64,000 nt of DNA from Eledone cirrhosa (lineage: Eukaryota): assembly GCA_964016885.1 (NCBI GenBank), contig OZ024740.1, forward strand, positions 275,404,001-275,468,000. Reading direction: 5' to 3'. Below the pieces are notes generated by a model. That model saw only the letters and a list, made by a program, of their open reading frames with translations, was not told the DNA's origin and searched no databases. The translations under genes were made by a program, and so were the position numbers. Below are positions 39,386-52,199 of the stretch, one piece after another; the first letter of the stretch is position 1; every line of letters starts with the position of its first letter.

Positions 39386-39614
39386 TTAACCATTTAGCAT
39401 TTAAACCGACCATATCTGACCAAAATTCTCCCACCTCTTTCTGTTTGAACTGGCTGTAACTGGCCACTCATACTGATGTTAATGAATTGTTCTCAAAATA
39501 AATAATATCAAAATCTTATAGATTCAATATTATGAGAGATAATTACATGAAGTAAACCTTTTACCATGAAAATATAAGAGTAAATATAGAGTAATATAAA
39601 TGCTAAAGAGTTAA
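39386..39614 (+). mobile_element. piggyBac-type MITE with TTAA target duplication
   Basis: TTAA-ccatttagcattt ... aaatgctaaagag-TTAA. Confidence 0.85.
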
Positions 39615-39794
39615 GGAACAACATACAGGCTCCCTTCTTGACTTATTTTAACATTAGTAGCTGTCAATGGCAAAAAAGAAAAAAAGAAAAAAAGAAAAAA
39701 AGAAAAGAGAACTCAATACTAAGAGCACTCTATGCAATTTACAAAATCAAACATTTTTCTTGACATTTCACATATTTCAAGCTCAAGGGACATA

Positions 39795-39992
39795 CAAGGG
39801 CTGGCTAAAAAGTTCATAGGCTGACCAAGATGCTTTCATGGTATGACAAAATGAGGTTTATTTTTCAACATAGTCCCTGGAAAAAAACAAGGCAGTTATT
39901 CATAAGAAGAGTTGAAAGTAATGCATGCAAGATTTCACAGCTCTGGCATCACTACTTTGTAGACAGACTATTAACTATTTAGCCCACACTCA
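39795..39992 (+). mobile_element. mariner-type MITE (family of 21403)
   Basis: gggctggctaaaaagttcataggctgacc... same body; partial copy at 40345-40430. Confidence 0.72.
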
Positions 39993-40143
39993 TATAAACA
40001 CAACTTGACTAAAACATCTGTTAAAATTATCACATCATTTATCAAGTGACCTGTTTACCTAAACACCATTTTTTGGCAAACAACTCTGAGCAATTATTCT
40101 TTGCGAGTGAGTGTGTATGTGAGAGAGAGAGAGAGAGAGAGTA

Positions 40144-40209
<66 letters not shown>

Positions 40210-41112
40210 AATAAATGAATGTATCTGTATGTAGGTGTTTACTTAAAGCCTTGTTTCAAATGTTGATCAAGAAGGAAGAATTCAGTAGCAATTTAGGAAT
40301 TACTGTCCACCCCTTAAACTTTCCTCACCTTTTCGAACATACTCAAGAGTTGAAATTAATGCATTCAAGATTTCACAGCTCTAGCATCATTCCTTCATAA
40401 TCAGCCTATGCAACTTTCAGCATACTCTCTTACTTATATACACACATCCACAGACATACGATGATCAGATATCTTTAATCCAAAAGCACTACATCTAATG
40501 TTTGCTCTACGTTTATTAACTTCCAAAGGGAAAAAAAGACTTAATCAGAGATTTTTCACCTCAAAGCATTTACCAACTAATTAAATGAATTGTTTCTAAA
40601 TATAAGAAAGAATCGCTGGACAGATTTTATGGGCAAAACCAACCAGAAAGAGACCCAGGGGTAGACGCCGAACAAGATGGTGGGATAGCATCCATGATCT
40701 TGACTGGTCATGTTTGGGGATCCAGCTGGATCAGTTGGGGATGGTTGTTTCTGACAGGACCCACTGGAAAGTACGTTTGAGCCCTCACGACCCTCACAGG
40801 AATAAGTGGGTGAAGAAGAAGACGGTTATAAATGTATTGGATTAAACAAACTCATAGAATTAAAGCTGAATAATAACAATGTCTCCTCAATCTCGCTGAA
40901 TCAACAGTTTGCAATGACTAAATGAGGCTTGCCAGATATAGACTTTAGGATTCAAGATGTGATCTGATGGTGTGGAGCAGTCACAAATGAAAGGCAACAC
41001 ACCAGGATTAACAATTTATTTTATATTGTTATCTATTGCTGTCTCTGCTAGGTGGCACGAGCTGTGACAAATAAGGAAACAGAGTGAGACCCTTCAGATG
41101 TTGATGATAATG

Positions 41113-41165
<53 letters not shown>

Positions 41166-41254
41166 CATGCACACGCTTACATTCACACACACACATGCAA
41201 GTGCACATGCACACACATTTAAAATTGTATTTCTATATAGACATATACTGGAGA

Positions 41255-41971
41255 AATAATTGTTTCTACTTTTTGGCACAAGGCCAAAAATTATCCCAGT
41301 GTATTACTGGTACTTTATTTTATAAACCCCCGTAAGGATGAAAGGCAAAGTTAACCTTGGTGGGATTTGACATGAGACCGTAAAGGGCCGTGACTCTATG
41401 TTGCAAAGCATAGCGTCCGACCCTCTACCGATACTGCACTGCCAATCTACCGCCCTCAGTATATATATCGAGTATATATATAGAGTATATATATATTGAG
41501 TATACATATAGAGAATATATAGAGAGCATATATATAGAATATATATAGATACAGTATATATACTGTAGAAATAATTGTTTCTACTTTAGGCACAAGGCCA
41601 GCAATTACCCAGTGCATTACTGGTACTTTATTTTATCGACCCCATAAGGATGAAAGGCAAAGTTAACTAACATTGGCGGGATTTGAACTCAGAATGGAAA
41701 GGGCCATGACTCTTTGCCTCAAAGCATGGCATCTGACCCTCTACCAATACTGCCAATCCACCGCCATATATTGTAGAAATAATTGTTTCTACTTTTGACA
41801 CAAGGCCAGCAATTACCCAGTACATTACTGGTACTTTATTTTATCGACACCGTAAGGATGAAAGGCAAAGTTAACCTTGGAGGGATTTGAACCCAGTCCG
41901 TAAAGGGACGTAACTCTATGCTAGAAAGCATGGCGTCCGAACCTCTACTGATACTGCCAATCCACTGCCCT
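41255..41971 (-). mobile_element. Cluster of three SINE family A copies
   Basis: Copies at ~41255-41457, 41570-41765 and 41778-41971. Confidence 0.88.
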
Positions 41972-42334
41972 GTGGAAATTGTAGAAATAATGTATTCTCG
42001 TCTTTAAGACAAGTATTTTTTAAATCACTGAAATTATATGATATTTATAACCAGTTTGACTTCTCTAAAAATTGTATGAATATTCATCACGTTCAAATAC
42101 TTGCATCTGGATTAAATATTAATTACTTAGTCTGTCACAGAAGGGATAAAAATCAAACAAAATTAAATAAACAGTATTTTGTTTGTGTGTGTTCTTAAAT
42201 TCTTATACACTTTGACTGTGCCCACTCGCCAGAATTATTTAGATTAACTAAAAAATGTGTCAAAAAATCAATTAAGTTCTAAATATTGTAAAATTTTCAA
42301 ATTATAATTACTTTTCTTTGTTGTCAAATTTATA

Positions 42335-42365
<31 letters not shown>

Positions 42366-42367
<2 letters not shown>

Positions 42368-42445
42368 TGGCTCGTCAAGTATGAAATTTGTAGAAATATT
42401 TAGAAAAAAAACAAATTTCTACAAATTTCATATTTGATGACCCAA
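42366..42445. mobile_element. ~80-bp hairpin MITE
   Basis: ttggctcgtcaagtatgaaatttgtagaaat / atttctacaaatttcatatttgatgacccaa between TA. Confidence 0.78.
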
Positions 42446-42601
42446 TATATATGTGTGTGTGTGTGTGTGTGTATATAAATGTGTGCCTGTGATTTTTGTG
42501 GATTTATGTGTGCGTATGTGTGGGTGTGTTTGAATGAGTTGATCTGGTTATTAGTATATATGTGTGTTTGTTTATGCTTCTGTATGCATAAGCTTGTATG
42601 A

Positions 42602-42670
<69 letters not shown>

Positions 42671-42706
42671 AAATGAAGTCTCTGCATCTCTCCCTCTCTC
42701 TCCCCT

Positions 42707-42813
<107 letters not shown>

Positions 42814-43258
42814 AATACAACAGAGACTTCATTTTGATTTTCACCAAGAAAGAAAAATGAATGGCTGTAAATACCAGATACTTCCCTTCTGAAGAATGTA
42901 TTTCTTAACATAGATTAGATATCAGCTGCTGCAAGCTAGACAAGCAAGGACACTGAATGCAAAAAAAATGTGTAAAGGTTGGAAGAAGTGCAATGAGCAT
43001 GCTTCTCATGGGTGTGTAATCTGTACCACATGAAACTACCTCAGTAAAATATTCTTAGGAAGTGCTAATCAGTACTGTAACTGCATCACATGAATGTCAT
43101 TTCTCTAATACCACAAAACTAGACAAAGCTCTACCTAGCAGATCTAATAAAGATAATAAAAATGTTTAAATTAACAAACCCATATTTCAGACATTTTCTG
43201 CTAAATCATTACAGGATGCTAATAGGAAATTTACAGCCATGAATATGTACCATTATTT

Positions 43259-43600
43259 TCCCGCCAAGGTTAATTTTGCCTTTCATCCTTACGGGGGTCG
43301 ATAAAATAAAGTACCAGTAATACACTGGGATAATTGCTGGCCTTGTGCCAAAAGTAGAAACAATTATTTTTAGTATAGTTAACTTTGCCTTTCATCCTTA
43401 CGAGGTCGATAAAATAAAGTACCAGTAATACACTGGGATAATTGCTGGCCTTGTGCCAAAAGTAGAAACAATTATTTTTAGTATAGTTAACTTTGCCTTT
43501 CATCCTTACGAGGTCGATAAAATAAAGTACCAGTAATACACTGGGATAATTGCTGGCCTTATGCTAAAAGTAGAAACAATTATTTTTAGTATAGTTAACT
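43259..43600 (+). repeat. Three 110-bp tandem units of the SINE family A 3' half
   Basis: gttaactttgcctttcatcc...gtagaaacaattatttttagtata x3. Confidence 0.9.
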
Positions 43601-43879
43601 GCATCACATTAAATATTAAAGGTTTTAGTCTAATATTTCTAATTTTTACAGCGATTTGACCACTAGTAATGATGCTATAAACATTTGCATTAACAAACTT
43701 ATTTTTTTATATTTTTCACTAAATACTTTTTGGATAATTTGAGGTAATGTTAATGTGATATTCTTTCTGTTTTTGTAAAAGAATATCTGGGTGGCTATAC
43801 TGACTCTGGGCATAATATGACCCCCAGAATTTGTCAAGCATGGAGTGAAATAAATTCACTACAATAAGTGTGGCAAACT

Positions 43880-44315
43880 CCCATCACAAGGTCAACAAAG
43901 AGCAAAGTCTTCAAAGATACAGTCGAAACCATCTTACTATATAGTTCAGAATCCTAGACTCTCATTGTCACTCACTCAAGGAGACTTGATGGTCCTTACA
44001 CCAAGATATTATGTGTGGTTTTCAACATTTTGTGGCAAAGATCTTTATGGTGATTTGCCACAAATTTCATTGAAAGTTCAATCCTGTCGCTTGGCTCTTG
44101 CTGGGCATGTTTTCTCCCATGATGAACCTGCAGGGAAGCTGCTTCTCTAGTCACTAGATGAAAAGTGCCAAGTAGGACATCTAAACATAACCACCAGGAC
44201 TCTATTGGCAAGGGACACTGGTCTAACTGGACAGGAACTTCTTGCTGCAATGAGAAATAGGGAAGTTTGAACAAATAACTTTCTCCATGCTTCACCTTTG
44301 ATGGAGAGATGATTC
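43880..44315 (+). pseudogene. Degraded RTE/RTEX-like LINE 3' end
   Basis: LYGDLPQISLKVQSCRLALAGHVFSHDEPAGKLLL; related to 10612 and 19861 fragments. Confidence 0.7.
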
Positions 44316-44842
44316 AAGAAGTTAATGTGAATAAAACAGAGCACAAATAAGTGGAGAGAAAAGCTAGGTATAAGAAGAATGAAATTAAATGATCAAGAGA
44401 TATATTTGAGTTAGTAAAAACAAGCACATGGAAGATCACAGTTGAGTGAAGAAGTGTCAAGCAATATAATTGGAAAAGAGCTGTGAAAGAGGTCATAGGA
44501 AGAAGTGGTGATGGTTGATCTCAAAGGAAAGACCCCTATTAACCCATGTAAATTTAGAAAAAAATGATGATGATAATGATGATGATGATGATGATGATGA
44601 TGATGGTGATGATGACGATTTTAGCGTTGAGAGTGCTTGGCTCCGAAATTGGGGTGCCACTGTGAAATGGGTTTGGCATGGCCAGATTGGCCTGTCTCTC
44701 CTCATAGTGGTATCATCCAGTGCTGAGCTCCCAAAATGTGGTTTCATATATATATAGCTGTCTCAGTGGCCTAGTTGTAGGAATCATAGACGGTGGTGAT
44801 CCTGGTCAGGAGATTGGTTCCTGCTAAACCTTTTCATTTTAA

Positions 44843-45176
44843 TGGAGGCACATGGCTTAGTGTTTAGAGCATTGGCCTTGCAATCGAAAGGTTGTGAGTT
44901 CAATTCTCAGACCGGGTGAAGTGTTGTTTCCTTCAGCAAGACACTTTATTTCACTTTGCTCCAGTTTACTCAGCTGTAGAAATGAGATGATAGGGACTGG
45001 GGTCCATATCATTCCACTGCAAAGTTGTCGTGGAGGTGCCACAGCAAAAAAGCACCCAGCACTCACTGTAAATGAGGTTGGTGTAAGGAAGAGCACCCAG
45101 CTGCAGAAATCAAGCCAGAATCAGTTCCCATCCCACCCTTGCAAGCAGGGAAAAGCGGACGTAAAATTATGATGAT
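44843..45176 (+). mobile_element. Full-length tRNA-derived CORE-like SINE with RTE-derived 3' tail
   Basis: A box tggcttagtgtttag, B box gagttcaattc, gcaagacactt core, tail gttggtgtaaggaagagcacccagctg...ggacgtaaaattatgatgat like the RTE 3' UTR. Confidence 0.8.
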
Positions 45177-45503
45177 ATATTAATAAAGCTGATGGCCGTA
45201 TGTATGTAACAAACTTTTGGTAAAACAGCTGGACCAAACAGCACCAAATTTGCACCATAGATGTAACTTTTTCCAAGAAAGAAAGTGAGGGTATTTTTGT
45301 CGTTATTATTAATTAAAGACATTTTATTATTTATCTAAAGATTCACTTCTTTAAAATTACCAAATGTCAACACATCCGGTTAGCGATAGCTTAAATAAAC
45401 ATAAAATATATTGCGCAGTTTATATATAATATCGTCTTTTTTTTATGTATCATGGATTAAATATCAATCTCTATCCTACCAGTACTTTATTATATATAAT
45501 ATA

Positions 45504-46424
45504 CTAGCAGTAAAGCCTGGCGTTGCTCGGGGCTGCTCAGTAACTGTGTTACAATGTTAAGTTCCTTTCTTGGCTTAAAAACTGTAGAGTCTACAGTGTA
45601 GACTTTCATGTGGTACTTTTGATTAATATTCCCTCAACCAACAGTATGCCTCATGACGTTAAGAAAACATAACCATAACCCGAATGTTAAAACAAAAGAG
45701 GATGCTGGGGATAAAAACTGCACTGGTAATCTATTAACAAATTGAAAATGTAAACACTGCAACACTTGTCTCAGAGCAAAACATCAGCGTAACTAAACTA
45801 TCAGTTATTTTGAAACAAAGAAATTGGATGGACGTGAAAAAAAAAAAAAAAAAATGCGTTATCTGTCTGTCGTTTAAAATCATTGCTTCTAACTGAAAAT
45901 CTCATAAGGCTTTATTCGAGATGAATGCTTTTTTTTTTACAAAATATTTGCTTGTTTTACGGTGTATTCAAATAGGTTTTTTTCAAGTAAAAATATTGTT
46001 TTAAAAGACTTTTTAATGGAAATGAAGCAAAATGGAAGCTTAATGTTGAAACTTCGAACTCATGAATTTTGCAGGTTAAAATTTTGCTGGCCCGAAAGTT
46101 GTTTGTATATTTTTGTACTTTTGCACGCGTGGTTTATACGTAACATAAATAGATAAGCAAATGACGCCATAAAAGGGAAATAACTCGTCTCTCATCTCTA
46201 TTTATACATTTGAACTGAAAAATCAATACATTACAAATTCGATTTTTGCACTTGGCGTGGGTCGATTTGAACATATTTTTGACCGATGTCTCCGCCGGAC
46301 CTTCATCTATAGGTGTAGCAATTTCACCGAAATTTGAACGTACGGTTTAGGAAGAGATGTGTGCCGACCGTTTTAGTAGACAGACAGACAGACAGACAGA
46401 CAACCTCAGTTTTATATATATAGA
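45504..46424 (-). mobile_element. Non-autonomous Helitron
   Basis: Minus strand TC start, (CTGT)n, 3' hairpin ccccgagcaacgccagg, CTAG|T; same 5' end as 22100 element. Confidence 0.8.
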
Positions 46425-46896
46425 CTAGCAGAAAACCGCCCGCCGTGTGGTTTTCTGCTAGTATATATATATATAACACACACAGAAATGTATATATATT
46501 TCTGTGTGTATATATATATATATCTGTGTGTGTATATATATATATATTACACACACAGAAATGTATATATGTTTCTGTAGCACTCCTCAATTCCCCCTCT
46601 CTCCCTCCCGCTATCCCCCTCTTGTAGTCTGTCTCTTTCTTTCACTCTCACTCTCTTTCTACGCGTGCGCAAAAAACATTCGCACGCGCGCACGCGCGCA
46701 CGTGTTTTAGCGTCTATTCACTCCCTCTCTCTCTCTCTCTCTCTCCCTCCCGCTATCGCCTCCTATAGTCTGTCTCTTTCTTTCACTCTCACTCTCTCTC
46801 TACGCGTGCGCAAAAAACATTCGCACGCGCGCACGTGTTTCCACTGTCGGACAGACAGACAAACAGAGAAATTGCTGGTTATATATTATAAGGAGA
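46425..46896 (-). mobile_element. Second Helitron-like element abutting the first; internal duplication
   Basis: Begins at ctagcagaaaacc...ggttttctgctag; ends cagacagac...tatattataaggaga; 46590-46690 similar to 46720-46840. Confidence 0.6.
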
Positions 46897-46979
46897 TATA
46901 ATACGACATTCCTCTCTCTTTCTTACTCTGACTTTTTAGATAGATACATAGCTATAACGTCACGCGCTTATAATATCTG

Positions 46980-47075
46980 TCTGCATTGACTTCGCTTCTA
47001 ACCAACTTTTAATTAATGATATATATATATATATATCATTAATTAAAAGTTGGTTAGAAGCGAAGTCAATGCAGA
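46980..47075. repeat. Perfect 96-bp palindrome centred on (AT)n
   Basis: tctgcattgacttcgcttctaaccaacttttaattaatg-(at)n-cattaattaaaagttggttagaagcgaagtcaatgcaga. Confidence 0.92.
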
Positions 47076-48840
47076 TTCAATGAGTACATCAAATAATGAG
47101 TTTTACAGTAGATTGGAAGCACTCTACAAAAAAATAATTTTCCAGAGTTATTAATATTAAAATACAAATATTAATAAAATAGATGTTCTTTTGATCAATT
47201 AAATTTTATTATACATATTTCGGAGGTACAACAGTACGTCCTCATCAGACAATATATAATGATACATGACATACCCTGAGCTGTTAAATGGTTAAGATTT
47301 AATCAAGGTAGTGATAATGAGAAAATGCGAAAACGTAATAAATTCAATAGAGATTGTGTGAGTAAGAAAGACGTTGGTTAATGTGACAGCTATAGAGATT
47401 TTAAAATGTAGGATACTACAAGTTAATGGCCTTAATATTGCATTATCTTATAACTATCTATAGAAGAAATAACGCTCGAATGAATGACATTTGTTCAATA
47501 ACACGCTGGCATGTTGATATACATAACATAATATTATTAACTTTGATCCATACCATTATTTTTCTATCATTATTTTTCTATCTTTATTTTCCTATCTAAG
47601 TTTTAAATTTTAGTTTAAATATCCAACCCGTGTATTTTTACGGAATTTATTTTTAACTGTGAATCATTCATGTGTTTACATTTTTTATTTTTATTTATAA
47701 TTATCCTTTGTAAGTTTTTAAATATACCTACCTTATTTTTCTATCCATGATTCAAATATAGAGCAAATATCCAACCTGTAAATTATTACGGACCTTATTT
47801 TGAACTCTGAATTATCCATGCATTTATTATTATGTTTCTTATATATATGTATGTATTTAACTGTAACACGTTGAAATCTATTATATAAGATTATAATCGT
47901 TATCATTTACCTAAAGTATACTGCATCACTAATACTTAATATATATCTATATATACCTCTATGTATCTCTCTATACATAATTTCTGGATAACTTCTAAAT
48001 TTTTAGATTATTATTTATTTTGAACTGTGAATAATTCATGCATTTACACCCTTTTATATATATGTATCTATTTAACTTCAGCATGTTTGAATCTATTATT
48101 TTATATTCGTTATCATTTACCTAAAATATACTGGCTCATTAATATATCTCTATATACCTAATCATTATTTAAATATTTTTAACAATAAGTACTTTATAAG
48201 CTTTACATACCGAAAATGTTGACATTTTTATAGGTAATCTTCGTTAAAGATTACATTTAGGAAAATATTCAACAGTGTAAATGTTCCTTTCGCTGGCCAG
48301 GTGAATCCTTTAAATTTTATCCTCATAAAATTCAGAAGTTCAGAAATGTTAATACACTTATTGAATTTATAAAATTAATAAATATAAATAACCTAAAATT
48401 TTGATTCTTCACCCTTAAAATACATAAATTAAATATTTTGAAACTTAACCGCTTAGCTTTTGGGAAAAAAATCTCTTTCTGCATATATTACTCCCCTTTA
48501 TCTTTCCCTCTCTTTAAATCCTCTTTCAGCGGACTTCATGGGCAGTTATAATTCATGAAATGTTTCCTAGATAACCATAACTTGTAGTATCCTACATTTT
48601 AAAATCTCTATAGCTGTCACATTAACCAACGTCTTTCTTACTCACACATTCTCTATTGAATTTATTACGTTTTCGCATTTTCTCATTATCACTACCTTGA
48701 TTAAATCTTAACCATTTAACAGCTCAGGGTATGTCATGTATCATTATATTTTGTCTGGTGAGGGCGTACTGTTGTACCTCTGAAATATGTATAATAAAAT
48801 GTTATTGATCAAAAGAACATCTATTTTATTAATATTTGTA

Positions 48841-48848
<8 letters not shown>
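47035..48848 (-). mobile_element. Fold-back Penelope-like non-autonomous element (~270-bp inverted arms, AT-rich spacer, one-sided tail)
   Basis: 47153-47425 is the reverse complement of 48580-48848; hammerhead in arms; (TA)n flanks. Confidence 0.72.
47206..47262 (-). ncRNA. Hammerhead ribozyme motif
   Basis: TTGT-CTGATGA-GGA c GTAC(tgtt)GTAC c TCC-GAAA-TATGTA-TA-ATAA; mirror copy at 48751-48800 has a mutated core (CTGGTGA). Confidence 0.65.
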
Positions 48849-48903
<55 letters not shown>

Positions 48904-48943
48904 TATAATAAATAACAAAGAACGCCTATAGCATATGCATATC

Positions 48944-49000
48944 TTTACTTGCTAACATTGTTTCATCCGCACTATAAGTGGGACTCATCAGAGCATAAAG
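48944..49000 (-). ncRNA. Type I hammerhead ribozyme (left arm)
   Basis: Exact reverse complement of 51264-51320. Confidence 0.72.
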
Positions 49001-49600
49001 GTTAATTACATACCATACAAGCAATAACAAATCCAAGACATTGAAGAATGAAAAATAATAGAAGATAAAGGATATTAAGGAAGTAAAAGTAAAAATAAGA
49101 ATAAAAATAAAAATAAAAATAAAAATAAAGATAAAAATAAAAATAAAAATAAAAATAAAAATAAAAATAAAAATAAAAATAAAAATAAAATAATAAAATA
49201 AACAATGAAAAATAAGGGGTGCTACCAGTCACAGTTGGGCGGGGTGCTGTCAACATATAGTTACATACAAGCATACACATGGATAAGAGAACAGACAAGA
49301 GTAGATAAGATAGATAGGATTAGGTAAGAGTAGGTAAAAAATAGGTGAAAAACAGACTTATAATATATATAAGAAAATATAAAGAAATATATAACAAACT
49401 TACATATAAAATATAAAATATACAGATAATAGTGATACAGGGTAAGGAATGAAATAAAATAATATAAAATTAAAATTAAAATTATATAAAATAGAACATA
49501 ATATAATATAATCATAAAAATAAGATAAAATAAGGTAAACTAAAATAAAATAAAATAGACTAAAGTAAAATAATATAATATAAGATATAATTAAATGTAA

Positions 49601-49640
<40 letters not shown>

Positions 49641-50679
49641 AATTAAATAAATAAATAAAATTAAAATTAAAATTAAATTTAAATAAATAAATAAATAAAT
49701 AAATAAGTAAATAAATAAATAAATAAATAAATAAATGAAATTAAGTAAGTAAATAAATAAAATTAGATAAAATGAAATGAAATAAAATAAAATGAAATAA
49801 AGTAAATTGAGATAAGATATATATTTTTTTAGAATATATCTCTTGAATATATCAGGGGCCCACGAAGGCACTAAGTGTCACAGTTATCTGTATCACTTGA
49901 CCATTTTTTAAAAATATATTTCTTGAAAATATCAGGGGCCCACGAAGGCACTAAGTGTCACAGTCAGCAGTATCACTTGACCATTGCAAGGCAATGGAGG
50001 TGTCCCAGGTTGAGCAGTCTCAAAAGTTCACTCGAAAGTCACGGGTGTGCATTCACACAGTTGAGCGGTGGGGTAATCACAAACCGGTTCACACCCGGGC
50101 AGGAGTCCAATGGTCAAACAGAGGTGCATCGAAGGAAGGTAGGAGAATTCACGTGCATTAGCAAGCGAGGTGCAGGCGGGTTAGCCAAAGCAAGCAGACA
50201 CAGTTGGAGCGCATACAAAAGATATATAAAAAGACAAAAGATATATAAAAAATAGCTTCAAGAGCCATGAAGTCACCGCATTGGGACATCACAAGATTGT
50301 ACACATCAATATGTTCAGCACGTATATGCACATATACACACCACATGCATATGCAGAGACGGTATACATATATATATATATTTTTTTATATACAGACATG
50401 TCTGTATATAAAAAAATGGTCAAGTGATACAGATAACTGTGACACTTAGTGCCTTCGTGGGCCCCTGATATATTCAAGAGATATATTCTAAAAAAATATA
50501 TATCTTATCTCAATTTACTTTATTTCATTTTATTTTATTTCATTTCATTTTATCTAATTTTATTTATTTACTTACTTAATTTCATTTATTTATTTATTTA
50601 TTTATTTATTTACTTATTTATTTATTTATTTATTTATTTAAATTTAATTTTAATTTTAATTTTATTTATTTATTTAATT

Positions 50680-50711
<32 letters not shown>

Positions 50712-51263
50712 TTACATTTAATTATATCTTATATTATATTATTTTACTTTAGTCTATTTTATTTTATTTTAGTTTACCTTATTTTATCTTATTTTTATGA
50801 TTATATTATATTATGTTCTATTTTATATAATTTTAATTTTAATTTTATATTATTTTATTTCATTCCTTACCCTGTATCACTATTATCTGTATATTTTATA
50901 TTTTATATGTAAGTTTGTTATATATTTCTTTATATTTTCTTATATATATTATAAGTCTGTTTTTCACCTATTTTTTACCTACTCTTACCTAATCCTATCT
51001 ATCTTATCTACTCTTGTCTGTTCTCTTATCCATGTGTATGCTTGTATGTAACTATATGTTGACAGCACCCCGCCCAACTGTGACTGGTAGCACCCCTTAT
51101 TTTTCATTGTTTATTTTATTATTTTATTTTTATTTTTATTTTTATTTTTATTTTTATTTTTATTCTTATTTTTACTTTTACTTCCTTAATATCCCTTATC
51201 TTCTATTATTTTTCATTCTTCAATGTCTTGGATTTGTTATTGCTTGTATGGTATGTAATTAAC

Positions 51264-51320
51264 CTTTATGCTCTGATGAGTCCCACTTATAGTGCGGATG
51301 AAACAATGTTAGCAAGTAAA
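51264..51320 (+). ncRNA. Type I hammerhead ribozyme (right arm)
   Basis: TTTA-TGCT-CTGATGA-GTCC CACT(tat)AGTG c GGAT-GAAA-CAATG-TT-AGCA-ag-TAAA; bulged stem I, GUU triplet. Confidence 0.72.
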
Positions 51321-51453
51321 GATATGCATATGCTATAGGCGTTCTTTGTTATTTATTATATCACGGCTCTGTCCTCAGACATCGAGCTAACCTTATACTG
51401 CCTGCTGGATAAGTGGAGTGTTATACACCCCTGATCCTCTCCCTAGTATACTA

Positions 51454-51504
<51 letters not shown>

Positions 51505-51509
51505 GTGTA

Positions 51510-51962
51510 CATATTTTCAACAATAATACTGTACTATATATTTTCAACAGTAATAGTATACTATATATTTTCAACAGTAGTACTGTACTATATATTTTCA
51601 ACAGTAATACTGTACAACATATTTTCAACAGTAATACTATACTATACTATATATTTTCAATAGTAATACTATACTATATGTTTTGAACAATAATACTGTT
51701 CTGTACTATATATTTTCAACAGTAATAATGTACCATATATTTTCAACAGTAATACTATACTATATATTTTCAACAGTAATACTGTACTGTACTATATATT
51801 TTCAACAGTAGTACTATATTATATTATATATTATCAACAGTATTACTATACTATATATTTTAAACAGTAATACTATACTATATAATTTCAGCAGTAATAC
51901 TATACTATATATTTTTAACAGTAATACTATACTATACTATATATTTCCAACAGTAATGCTAT
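51510..51962. repeat. Minisatellite, 24-29-bp unit atattttcaacagtaatactatact
   Basis: About 17 tandem imperfect units. Confidence 0.92.
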
Positions 51963-52144
51963 ACAACACAGATAGCTTATCGTCTGTTTATCCAAGCAAA
52001 GCTAGGTACGTCAGCTATATATCTATCTATCTGGATGCCGTATAACACGCCAATGGTAGCCGGACGGGTCGGATAGTACACACACATATATATATATGTA
52101 TATATATATATACATGTGTAATCATTTTTTCATTACTACTAAAA

Positions 52145-52199
52145 GGGATCTGACGAGCCGTGGATTACAGAGTCAGGCTAGATCGAAATGCGCGTCACC
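52145..52199 (+). ncRNA. Degenerate hammerhead-like motif
   Basis: CTGACGA-GCC...GGCtagatc-GAAA-TGCGCG-TC followed by AATAAA; stems I and II imperfect. Confidence 0.45.

Larger units (their letters stand above)
48903..51446 (+). mobile_element. Large fold-back element: ~1-kb inverted arms, ~500-bp spacer, hammerheads at both outer ends, 85-bp one-sided tail; probable non-autonomous Penelope-like element
   Basis: 48903-49909 is the reverse complement of 50411-51361 (identical mirror ORFs in track); (TA)n on both flanks. Confidence 0.85.

Noticed and set aside
49875-50255. 126-aa ORF in the fold-back spacer
   Set aside because: Non-ATG start, built partly from the duplicated arm end, no recognisable RT/GIY-YIG or other motif
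51510-51962. CRISPR-like array
   Set aside because: Contiguous 24-29-bp units with no spacers
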